NCBI GenBank assembly: GCA_016109435.1
Contig: JAEILR010000004.1
Span: 16,264-48,263 of the forward strand
DNA length: 32,000 nucleotides
Source of the DNA: Methanomassiliicoccus sp.
GTDB lineage: Archaea > Thermoplasmatota > Thermoplasmata > Methanomassiliicoccales > Methanomassiliicoccaceae
Reading direction: 5' to 3'
Every line of letters starts with the position of its first letter. The stretch's first letter is position 1. A program made the translations under genes and the position numbers. Under the pieces are notes generated by a model that made no database searches, had not been told where the DNA came from, and saw nothing but the letters and a program-made list of their open reading frames with translations. Below are positions 17,696 to 25,139 of this stretch, piece after piece.

Positions 17696-19120
17696 ATGAC
17701 AGTACCCGTGTTCATCTCCGCCGAGGCCATAAACCGGATCGTTAAGGACCTTTACGGATCGGCCGTCCTGCCAGAGGTGGAGGGCCAATTGGGAAGGTCC
17801 AGCCTGATGCATATCTGTTACCGGTTCAGGCTCAGCTCCCCCCCGTCGGTGGAAACGGATGAACAAGGCATGTTGCTGGTCCGCGCTCCGGTGGAAGGAT
17901 CGATCTCCATACCCTGGGGGCTGGGTAAGAGGTTCCGGCTGGAGGCGGTGGCCGGTCTGGGCCTGGGGGTCGCTGACGGCCAACTGTGGGCCGAGGTCGG
18001 AAACCTGATCTTCGAGGACATGCGCATCGGGGAGGGCTGTTCCCTTCCGAAGGAGGTGCTGGCCCTTATCGGCCCGTTCGTGAGGGGGGCCGTTTTCCAG
18101 GGCCGCAGCGGTCCGGATGGCCGCATCTATATAGACCTCCCCACGCTGGATCTCCCACTGTCCGGCCTGATGGAAGGGGCTCCCCCGGTGGAGGTTACGA
18201 TAAATGACATCACTGTGGTCCCTCAGGGCGTGGTCGCCCTGATCGGATTGGGGAGCGGGGACGACATACCCCCCATGCCCCTGCCCTCCCCGGAGGGGAG
18301 GGACGCGGTCCTGGTGATATCCGAGCCAATGACCGAGAGGCTTATCACCATGGTCCTGGAGGGGATGGGGGATATCAAAGGAGGCGGCTCCTTCGACGTT
18401 CCCGATCACAGGTTGGTCGCCGATCTGTTCATCGCCTCGGCGGAGACCCTCACCACCCTGGGGCGCCGGGGGCTGGGCCGGAGGGCCCTGAAGAGCTCGT
18501 CCCGTGTCGAGTATAATTTCTCCGCCACCACCGGGAAGCCCAACGTCACCTTCCTGGAAGGGGGCAAGATCGTGCTCAGCGACCTCCCGGCCCATGTGAA
18601 GGCCGACGCCGGGCTGGAGATGGACATGAACAAGGAGGGGATCCTCAGCCGCATCCGCTCCCTCTTCCGCCCCCCCTCCAAGCGTGCTCCCCCCAATACC
18701 GAGGAGGTCTCGGTGGGCAAGTGGGACTTCGACCAGGATATCAAGGTCGACCGGGCGGAGGTCACCATAGAAAAGGGCGTGGGACCGGACCTGGTCTGGA
18801 AGGTCGCCGATCTGGACCTGGAGATCGATCTCCCCTGGCCCCTGCCTGACGAAACCATCGAGAAGATCGTGGAGACCATAGGGAAGAGCATAGTATCGGA
18901 CCGCCTGCCGGGGAAGATGCCGGAGGAGATCCCTCTTTCCGAGGACCTGCCGTTCACGGTGAAGCTCTCGGACATGGATGTCAGCACGACGGAGAGCGAA
19001 CTCATCATCCGGACGAACATCGGCCTCCTGCCGAACAAGGAGCCCGAGGAGGCCAGGCGGTTGCTCATGGTCAAGGTCCGGGAGATCCTGCCTCCGGTCC
19101 TACAGGAAGGACTGAAATGA
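17696..19120 (+). CDS. hypothetical protein, 474 aa, with no recognisable catalytic motif
   Basis: The long ORF has coding-like composition and its own TATA box. It has no signal peptide and no TM segment. It looks like two similar halves, each beginning with an amphipathic helix (ISAEAINRIVKDLYG and ISEPMTERLITMVLEG) followed by beta-rich segments. Confidence 0.7.
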   Translation: MTVPVFISAEAINRIVKDLYGSAVLPEVEGQLGRSSLMHICYRFRLSSPPSVETDEQGMLLVRAPVEGSISIPWGLGKRFRLEAVAGLGLGVADGQLWAEVGNLIFEDMRIGEGCSLPKEVLALIGPFVRGAVFQGRSGPDGRIYIDLPTLDLPLSGLMEGAPPVEVTINDITVVPQGVVALIGLGSGDDIPPMPLPSPEGRDAVLVISEPMTERLITMVLEGMGDIKGGGSFDVPDHRLVADLFIASAETLTTLGRRGLGRRALKSSSRVEYNFSATTGKPNVTFLEGGKIVLSDLPAHVKADAGLEMDMNKEGILSRIRSLFRPPSKRAPPNTEEVSVGKWDFDQDIKVDRAEVTIEKGVGPDLVWKVADLDLEIDLPWPLPDETIEKIVETIGKSIVSDRLPGKMPEEIPLSEDLPFTVKLSDMDVSTTESELIIRTNIGLLPNKEPEEARRLLMVKVREILPPVLQEGLK

Positions 19121-19726
19121 GCTGGCGATGAAGTATAGCGCGAAAACGACGAGGAACAGGCCGCAGGCGGTGAACAGGACGCGGTACCGGCGCCCGGTGA
19201 AGAACCGTCGGGAGCGGTTCACCGACATGGACACGAACTGCAGCCACCCCAGGTCGCAGGCCAGGTGCACGGCGGCGAACAGGGGCAGCATCAGGAGTCC
19301 GTAACCGGCGGCGAGGCCGATCAGCGACGCTCCGACGGTGGCCCACCACAGTAGGAAGTAAGGGTTGGCGGCGGTGAGCACGACCCCCGCGGTGAGCGGC
19401 CGGAGCCGGGAGCCCTGCACCTGGCCGTCCTCAATCCTGACCCGGACCATCGAAATGCCCATGTACAGCAGGAAGGCCCCGCCCACCAGTCCGATGGTCG
19501 CGAGCACCGTCTGATCCTGGAGAACGGTCTCGAGGCCCAGGAAGATCGCGACGATCAGAGGTATCTCGATAACCGCGTGGCCGGCGGTGATCTTCAGCCC
19601 GGCGTTCCTGTCCTGGTATCCCTTGGCCACCGTGGTGGCGAAGATGGGGCCGGGCATCAGCGCTCCCGACAATGAGATGAACGCCACCAGGCCGAGGAAG
19701 ATGGCCGGATCGGTCAGGCCGTCCAT
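19100..19726 (-). CDS. LysE/RhtB-family amino-acid exporter
   Basis: This 208-aa protein has about 6 TM segments. The N-terminus FLGLVAFISLSGALMPGPIFATTVAKG is typical of the LysE family. Confidence 0.8.
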   Translation of the reverse strand: MDGLTDPAIFLGLVAFISLSGALMPGPIFATTVAKGYQDRNAGLKITAGHAVIEIPLIVAIFLGLETVLQDQTVLATIGLVGGAFLLYMGISMVRVRIEDGQVQGSRLRPLTAGVVLTAANPYFLLWWATVGASLIGLAAGYGLLMLPLFAAVHLACDLGWLQFVSMSVNRSRRFFTGRRYRVLFTACGLFLVVFALYFIASSFQSFL

Positions 19727-19764
19727 GCCTCATCGAAGCGAAATTCGCTATTTATACAGAGCGG

Positions 19765-20346
19765 TCAGCGAAGCCTGCGTCCGCTGAATATGCCGCGGTT
19801 GTACGCGTTCTCTTCCGGCCTCAGGCCCTCCGAACCCAGAAGCCCCCCCATCTCCTCGCGACGCACCTTCCTCCTTTCCGGTAGAAAGGTGATCAGCACT
19901 AGCACGATCGAGAGCAGTCCGACGTAGAGTCCCATGGAACTGGTGGTGGTGACGGTCCACCCGGGCGGGAGCGGGGGCATCGCGGCGACCTTTCCGGCCA
20001 GGAGGCCGGGGATGGTGAGGAAGAGAGCGGCGAAGGCCGCGATCTGGCCGATCACCGCCCGGGCATCGATGAACGCGAGCATCGTGGCCGCGATGAAGAA
20101 GAAGGAGGATGCGGCGATCACCAGGTCGGGTGAGGTCAACAGGTCCCACATGCCCACGGCTGTGGTGGATACGGTCGCGAAGGTGTCATCTCTCTGGATG
20201 ATGCTGCCCCACGGCAGCAGCAGCGATACCAGGCCGACGGCCGCCCCGGCGATCCTGATGTATCCATATTCGGAAATGGCATTCTCATGGCCGGGCGAAC
20301 GGGCGGCCTCGTCCCCTTCATTCCTTTTCGACCGTCTCCCGAACAC
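19765..20346 (-). CDS. hypothetical membrane protein (about 4 TM)
   Basis: It has hydrophobic segments. The GTG start lies 28 nt downstream of a TATA box (minus strand gtaatatattct, 20368-20379). Confidence 0.6.
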   Translation of the reverse strand: MFGRRSKRNEGDEAARSPGHENAISEYGYIRIAGAAVGLVSLLLPWGSIIQRDDTFATVSTTAVGMWDLLTSPDLVIAASSFFFIAATMLAFIDARAVIGQIAAFAALFLTIPGLLAGKVAAMPPLPPGWTVTTTSSMGLYVGLLSIVLVLITFLPERRKVRREEMGGLLGSEGLRPEENAYNRGIFSGRRLR

Positions 20347-20390
20347 GCCACCCTAATGCGACTCGTAGAATATATTACATCCCCGTGAGC

Positions 20391-20636
20391 TCAATCCACC
20401 TTGCATTCCCGGCTGATCATGAGGGTCATGGTGCCCTTGACCCCGGGCAGGGTCCTCACCTTGGTCATGAGCGTCCCTTCCAGACCCTCCATCGTGGACG
20501 AGGTGATGATGGCCACCACGTCGTACACTCCATAGACAAGGTAGGCCTTCTCCACTCCCTCGACCGCGCACACGCTGTTAACGATGTCCGTTTCACTTCC
20601 TACCTCACAGTTCATGAGAACGACGGCGCTGGGCAT
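20391..20636 (-). CDS. stand-alone Lrp/AsnC ligand-binding (RAM) domain protein
   Basis: This 81-aa protein reads AVVLMNCEVGSETDIVNSVCAVEGVEKAYLVYGVYDVVAII...TLPGVKGTMTLM. That is the AsnC_trans_reg pattern without an HTH. Confidence 0.8.
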   Translation of the reverse strand: MPSAVVLMNCEVGSETDIVNSVCAVEGVEKAYLVYGVYDVVAIITSSTMEGLEGTLMTKVRTLPGVKGTMTLMISRECKVD

Positions 20637-20714
20637 CGAACATATCTGGGTACCCGGAGTAGTTCAACCTTCCCGTCATCGAGATATAGCACCACAGCCG
20701 TCCCGGTCCCGGGA

Positions 20715-20789
20715 GGGGCCCTGGATGATGATAAGAGGGTCAGCAGATCCACCGGAGATGATGAGACCTTCTAGACTGACGCGGGCCCC
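20715..20789 (+). ncRNA. candidate C/D box sRNA (2'-O-methylation guide)
   Basis: The box layout is:
- C box ATGATGA at 20725-20731, followed by a 12-nt spacer.
- D' box CAGA at 20744-20747.
- C' box ATGATGA at 20758-20764, followed by an 11-nt spacer.
- D box CTGA at 20776-20779.
A 7-bp closing stem pairs GGGGCCC (20715-20721) with GGGCCCC (20783-20789). A TATA-like GAGATATAGC (20681-20690) lies about 27 nt upstream of the stem. Confidence 0.55.
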
Positions 20790-21982
20790 TCTCGCCGTTC
20801 CCGGTCGAGGAAGCTCTTCCGCTGCAGGCACAGCCTGGTGATGTCCAGCATGATGATCGTCCCCGCCGCTACTAAGGCGATCCCGACCACCCACGAGTAC
20901 GAGGGGTCGAGCCCCAGCCCCGAGGCCTCCAGCCCCTGGCCGAACAGCAGGGCGAGGTACATGGGCACCAGGCGTAGGAGGATGCCGCGGTCCTTGACCG
21001 CCCAGACCGAGAAGAACGCGAAGGGGAAGATGAAGTAGCCCAGCCTGATCATCGGGTATATGCTGAGGAACATCACCGTGGTGAGCATGGCCCCCCGCCA
21101 GATGTCCAGTTTCCAGCGGTACACCAGGTAGTAGGAGATGATCAGCACGCCCACGGTCAGGCCCGCGCCCACCGTTCCGGGGATGTGAAGCCCTCCCTGG
21201 CCGAGGAGGTTGATGACGGACATCCCCGCGCTGCCCTCCCCGCTCCTCCCCAACAGATAGTATGAAGGGAATCCGAGGAACTCGATGGGGCATAACAGCA
21301 GGAAGGGGAGAGCGATGAGGACGGATGTGAGGACGGCGATGCCGATGTTCTTGACCACCTCCCTCCTCTCTCCAAGCTTCACCAGGGTGACAGGGTACAC
21401 GATGATCGGCAGGAACTTGATCCAGAAGCCGAGGGCCGCGGCCGCTGCCGATGCCCCCCTCCTTCCGCTCAACATGAGCAGCACCGGCAGGATGTAGAAG
21501 AAGGCCACCATGGGCTCGTCCTGGATGCCCCAGGTGGCGTCCTGCAGGGCGAACGGGCATACAAGGACCAGCAGCGCGACCAGGGTGGCACGGTATCCGT
21601 CCCACCGGCGCATGACCAGATACATCGACAGCGCGGTCATGATGCTAAAGAAGGAGAAGTACGCCTCGTACGCCCACCACTCCCCGCCGATCATCTGCGC
21701 CGGCAGCAGCACGTAGTTAATGAGGGGCGGAGACTCGATGTCCAGGTCCCGGTAGATGATCCCCCCGTTGAGGATCAGGCTGGTCCTCTCTTGGTAGATA
21801 TGGAGGTCTGGGGTCATGCCGAAGGAAGCGTCCAGCCAGTGCCTTAGCACCAGTCCATCGACGGCAATGAACGATCCATATAGCAGCGCTCCGACGAGAA
21901 GGATGGCCACGATCCGCTGCCGATTCCCCCACGAGCTGAAGGTGGTCCGTTTATTGTCTGATGCCTCGACCGTGGCGACCAT
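20771..21982 (-). CDS. GT-C fold integral-membrane glycosyltransferase (DUF2029/GT87-like)
   Basis: It has about 10 TM segments. The first extracytoplasmic loop reads YQERTSLILNGGIIYRDLDIESPPLINY, typical of the family. I chose the start at the internal ATG (MVATVEASDNK...). Confidence 0.7.
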   Translation of the reverse strand: MVATVEASDNKRTTFSSWGNRQRIVAILLVGALLYGSFIAVDGLVLRHWLDASFGMTPDLHIYQERTSLILNGGIIYRDLDIESPPLINYVLLPAQMIGGEWWAYEAYFSFFSIMTALSMYLVMRRWDGYRATLVALLVLVCPFALQDATWGIQDEPMVAFFYILPVLLMLSGRRGASAAAAALGFWIKFLPIIVYPVTLVKLGERREVVKNIGIAVLTSVLIALPFLLLCPIEFLGFPSYYLLGRSGEGSAGMSVINLLGQGGLHIPGTVGAGLTVGVLIISYYLVYRWKLDIWRGAMLTTVMFLSIYPMIRLGYFIFPFAFFSVWAVKDRGILLRLVPMYLALLFGQGLEASGLGLDPSYSWVVGIALVAAGTIIMLDITRLCLQRKSFLDRERREGPASV

Positions 21983-22194
21983 ATCCCTCTTCGCTCCCCT
22001 GGTTGACAGCCCATAGTCCGGCTGCCATATTTCACCCTTTCCGATATTATGGGGACACAACTATTATGGTGGGCGGTTCCTTCCCCTGCCTGGATGGGTC
22101 GGGCACTATCGGTAAGGTCACCAATCGGACTAAATAGTGCCGCAGTTACATCGCAACGAGATGTCAGAGGTCCAGGTAGTATGATGGTGTTCGA

Positions 22195-22728
22195 ATGAGA
22201 GCCAACGAGTCCCCGGCGGAGACCTTGTCGTTCGTGGTGCTGGGAGAACCCACGCCCGAGGGCAGCACCAGGGCCTACTACATCAAGAGCCTGGACCGGA
22301 CGGTCACCACCCACCAGAACAAGAAGGGCCTGCAGGCCTGGAGGAACCGGGTCGCTACTGAGGCCCAGAGAGCCCTGGAGGGACGGGACTGGAGATGCGA
22401 CAACTGCTCGGCATACACCATCAGCGTGGACTTCATCCTCTCCCGGCCTCCCTCGGTACCGGAGCACAAACGCATACATCCCACGGTCAAGCCGGACATC
22501 GACAAGCTGGTCCGGGCGATCAACGACGCGTTGACCGGCATCCTGTTCGTGGACGACTGCCAGGTCGTGAACATGTTCGTAAGCAAGGATTACTGCGACG
22601 ACCGCAGGTCCGGAGCGTACATCGTGGTGAACCGGTATGTCAACCAGGCGGAGAAGGTCAGGAAGGGACGGAAGAAGGCCGAGCCCCCGGCGCTCGAAGA
22701 ACCTCCCTGCGACGATCCCCGCGACTAG
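22195..22728 (+). CDS. rusA: RusA-family Holliday-junction resolvase
   Basis: It contains the RusA core LSFVVLGEPTPEGSTRA ... RPPS...KPDIDKLVRAINDALTGILFVDDCQVV. Confidence 0.8.
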   Translation: MRANESPAETLSFVVLGEPTPEGSTRAYYIKSLDRTVTTHQNKKGLQAWRNRVATEAQRALEGRDWRCDNCSAYTISVDFILSRPPSVPEHKRIHPTVKPDIDKLVRAINDALTGILFVDDCQVVNMFVSKDYCDDRRSGAYIVVNRYVNQAEKVRKGRKKAEPPALEEPPCDDPRD

Positions 22729-23174
22729 GGCTTTTTCTGGGCCTTCCACATCCGGAGGTACGCTCCGATCAGCAGCGAGGTCGGGTACATGACCTCCTCC
22801 TCCATCTTGGCATGATGGATGAGGTCGTGGGCGAAGTCAACGTACTCGCTCTTCCCCGCCTCCTTCGCCCTCGCCGCCAGGACCTCCAGAGATCTAACGA
22901 TCTGGGCGTGCTCCTCGAGCATCCGGGGCATCTCCTGGCCGAGGCGCTCGGTCATGGCGATGATCCCGTCGACATCCCCTACCGGCCCGCTTCCAGAGAG
23001 GCTCAGCATTCCCAGCGGAGGGAGGGCGAACTCCTCCTCCCGGAGGAAGTGTGGGTGGAGGACTTCCCTGACCGCCCTGGCGGCCTCCCCCACCCCGCCC
23101 TTCTCCTTGGTAGCTTTGTCCAATACCTCATGCAGGTGGGCATGCTCCTTCCTGATGGATTCCGGAATGGCCAT
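22725..23174 (-). CDS. hemerythrin (HHE cation-binding) domain protein
   Basis: It reads MAIPESIRKEHAHLHEVL...HPHFLREEEF...MLEEHAQI...DLIHHAKMEEEVMYP, carrying the His/Glu ligand pattern. The track ORF extension to 23360 is rejected. Confidence 0.75.
   Translation of the reverse strand: MAIPESIRKEHAHLHEVLDKATKEKGGVGEAARAVREVLHPHFLREEEFALPPLGMLSLSGSGPVGDVDGIIAMTERLGQEMPRMLEEHAQIVRSLEVLAARAKEAGKSEYVDFAHDLIHHAKMEEEVMYPTSLLIGAYLRMWKAQKKP
22732..22736 (+). terminator. oligo-T tract immediately after the rusA stop
   Basis: TAGggcTTTTTctgg contains a T5 run, the archaeal-type termination signal. It lies inside the convergent hemerythrin coding sequence. Confidence 0.3.
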
Positions 23175-23257
23175 TGTGAAACCTCGGTGACGATATGGAG
23201 CGAGGGAGGTAATGACCTTGTTGCCCGGAGGACCGGCCCGGGAGCTTCGCGAGCCGT

Positions 23258-24574
23258 TCAGGGTACCAGGCGGACGCGGTCCCGGGGAAAGAGGATGGTC
23301 TCCCGGATGTTCGGCAGGTCCAGCATCTTCTGTACCAGCCTCTCCACTCCCAGGCCCCACCCGCCGTGGGGAGGCATGCCGAACTCGAAGGCGTCGAGAT
23401 AGAAGCGGAAGGCCTCGGGGTCCAGCCCCTTCTTTTGCATCCTCCGCACCAGGTGGTCGAAGCGGTGCTCCCTCTGCCCGCCAGAGGAGATCTCCTGTCC
23501 CTTGTAGTCGAGGTCGAAGGAGTACGAATACGGGGTCCCGTCCTTCTCCATGATGTAGAACGGTTTGGCCTCCTCGGGGTACTCGACGATCCAGTACATG
23601 TCGTGGCCTTTCTCCTTCATGACCGCGCCAAGGGCCTTCTCCCCCTCGGTGCCCAGGTCATCGCCGAGGGCGATGCTCATGCCCGTGCCCTGCACGATGT
23701 CCACCGCGTCCTTGTACTCGATCACCGGGTAGGGGGCCTTGGGCACCGTGACCTCAGCGTTGAGGACCTCCAGCTGGGGTCCGGCCCTCTCCACCACGCC
23801 CTTTATCACCGTCTGGGTGCACCGCTCGATGACGTCCAGGACGTCGGCCATGGACTCGATGAAGGCCATCTCCCCGTCGAAGGATATGAACTCGGAAACG
23901 TGTCTGACAGTGTCCGACGGTTCCGCCCGGAACGCCGGCCCTATCTCGAAGACCCGGTCCAGGCCGGTGGCCATGAGCATCTGCTTGTACAGCTGGGGGG
24001 ACTGGGCCAGGTAGGCCATCTGGTCAAAGTACTTCAGCTGGAACAGGGTCGCCCCTCCCTCCGCCCCGGAGGCTACGATCTTGGGGGTGAACACCTCCAC
24101 GAACCCCTCGTCCACCAGGAACTGGTCGATGAGGTTCAGGGTGAGGGACTTGATCTCGAAGACCGCCCGGGTCTCTGGCTTCCTCAGGTCCATGAACCGG
24201 TGGTCGAAACGGGTGTCCGCCTCCACGTTCACCTTGTCCACGACCCCCATGGGGAGCGGGGAGCCGGCGGCGCTGAGGACCTCGATGCTCGAGGGGATGA
24301 TCTCCACGCCCCCCTTGGCCTGGTTCGCCGCCTTGGCAGTGCCAGTGACCTTGACCACCGATTCGCGGGCCAGGGAGGTAAGCGAGGCCATGACCTCGGG
24401 AGCGATCTTCTTCTTCGGCGCGGTGACCTGGACGGTCCCGTGGCGGTCCCTGATGATAAGGAACGATATCCCGCCCAGGTTCCTGATCTCCTGGGCCCAG
24501 CCCTTTACCACGACCTCCCTCTCCGCATCGGCGGAGGACAGGGTCCTGGAGTTGCGCAGCGCTGTCTCGCTCAA
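23258..24574 (-). CDS. aspS: aspartate--tRNA ligase, archaeal type
   Basis: It has an OB-fold N-terminus VVVKGWAQEIRNLGGISFLIIRDRHGTVQV, class II motifs (FRAEPS, GGQREHR, GMPPHGGWGLGVERL) and a C-terminal FPRD. The proposed TTG start at 24574 gives 438 aa and lies about 35 nt downstream of a minus-strand TTTATA (24607-24612). The track ORF extends to 24844 through non-homologous sequence. Confidence 0.85.
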   Translation of the reverse strand: MSETALRNSRTLSSADAEREVVVKGWAQEIRNLGGISFLIIRDRHGTVQVTAPKKKIAPEVMASLTSLARESVVKVTGTAKAANQAKGGVEIIPSSIEVLSAAGSPLPMGVVDKVNVEADTRFDHRFMDLRKPETRAVFEIKSLTLNLIDQFLVDEGFVEVFTPKIVASGAEGGATLFQLKYFDQMAYLAQSPQLYKQMLMATGLDRVFEIGPAFRAEPSDTVRHVSEFISFDGEMAFIESMADVLDVIERCTQTVIKGVVERAGPQLEVLNAEVTVPKAPYPVIEYKDAVDIVQGTGMSIALGDDLGTEGEKALGAVMKEKGHDMYWIVEYPEEAKPFYIMEKDGTPYSYSFDLDYKGQEISSGGQREHRFDHLVRRMQKKGLDPEAFRFYLDAFEFGMPPHGGWGLGVERLVQKMLDLPNIRETILFPRDRVRLVP

Positions 24575-24769
24575 TCGAACACCGGGCCGTGGATGGCCCC
24601 CCGCACTATAAATGTGATGATTGCCGGCCCCGCAGGGACCATCGACTAGCACAAGTTGAATGGCGGGCATCTTCCGACCCGGACCGGCCACGCTCGATAG
24701 GCGGCGCTCGCTCAGGAGGGGTGATTCATATAGGGCGGATGGCAGGGGGCCCCTCGCGGGGGACCAAAA

Positions 24770-24777
24770 CTTAATAT
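24770..24777 (+). promoter_or_regulatory. TATA box for the ferredoxin gene (leaderless)
   Basis: cttaatat is centred about 29 nt upstream of the ATG at 24803. Confidence 0.5.
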
Positions 24778-24802
24778 CGAGCAGACTGGAATCTGAACGA
24801 AC

Positions 24803-25030
24803 ATGACGGTCAAGGTGGAGATCGACCAGGAAGGCTGCATCCAATGTGGCCGGTGCTACAACGACGAGTGCCCCGAGGTATATAAGGAAGGGGAGGACGG
24901 GACGTCCGAGATCGTGGAGCAGTACCGTGCAGGCAGCTCAGCGGAAGGGAACGTTCCGGACGAATTGTTCGACTGCGCCAGCAAGGGAGCGGACGCCTGT
25001 CCGGTCACCGTCATCATCGTCAGCAAGTGA
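24803..25030 (+). CDS. small single-cluster ferredoxin (Pyrococcus-type)
   Basis: This 75-aa protein has VEIDQEGCIQCGRCYNDECPEVY ... CASKGADACPVTVI. It shows the CxxCxxC...CP cluster pattern with a distal Cys-Pro. Confidence 0.85.
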   Translation: MTVKVEIDQEGCIQCGRCYNDECPEVYKEGEDGTSEIVEQYRAGSSAEGNVPDELFDCASKGADACPVTVIIVSK

Positions 25031-25139
25031 CGCCATCGGGCTCGACCGCCATGGGCCATGTTACGTTCAGGCGGTTTTCAGCCCCTAACATCTATTTATA
25101 CGGAAAGCATTATTTCGAGGCATACTAAGGGGAAAGTAA

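Noticed and set aside
22176-22200. A tRNA T-loop-like GGTGTTCGAATGAGAG.
   Set aside because: It has no complementary T-stem, acceptor or anticodon arms, and the ATG of rusA lies within it. No other tRNA-like sequences were found in the intergenic regions.
24575-24844. A 90-codon N-terminal extension of aspS.
   Set aside because: It has no homology to AspRS N-termini. With the TTG at 24574 the OB-fold begins at the usual distance from the start, and a TATA box lies inside the supposed extension.
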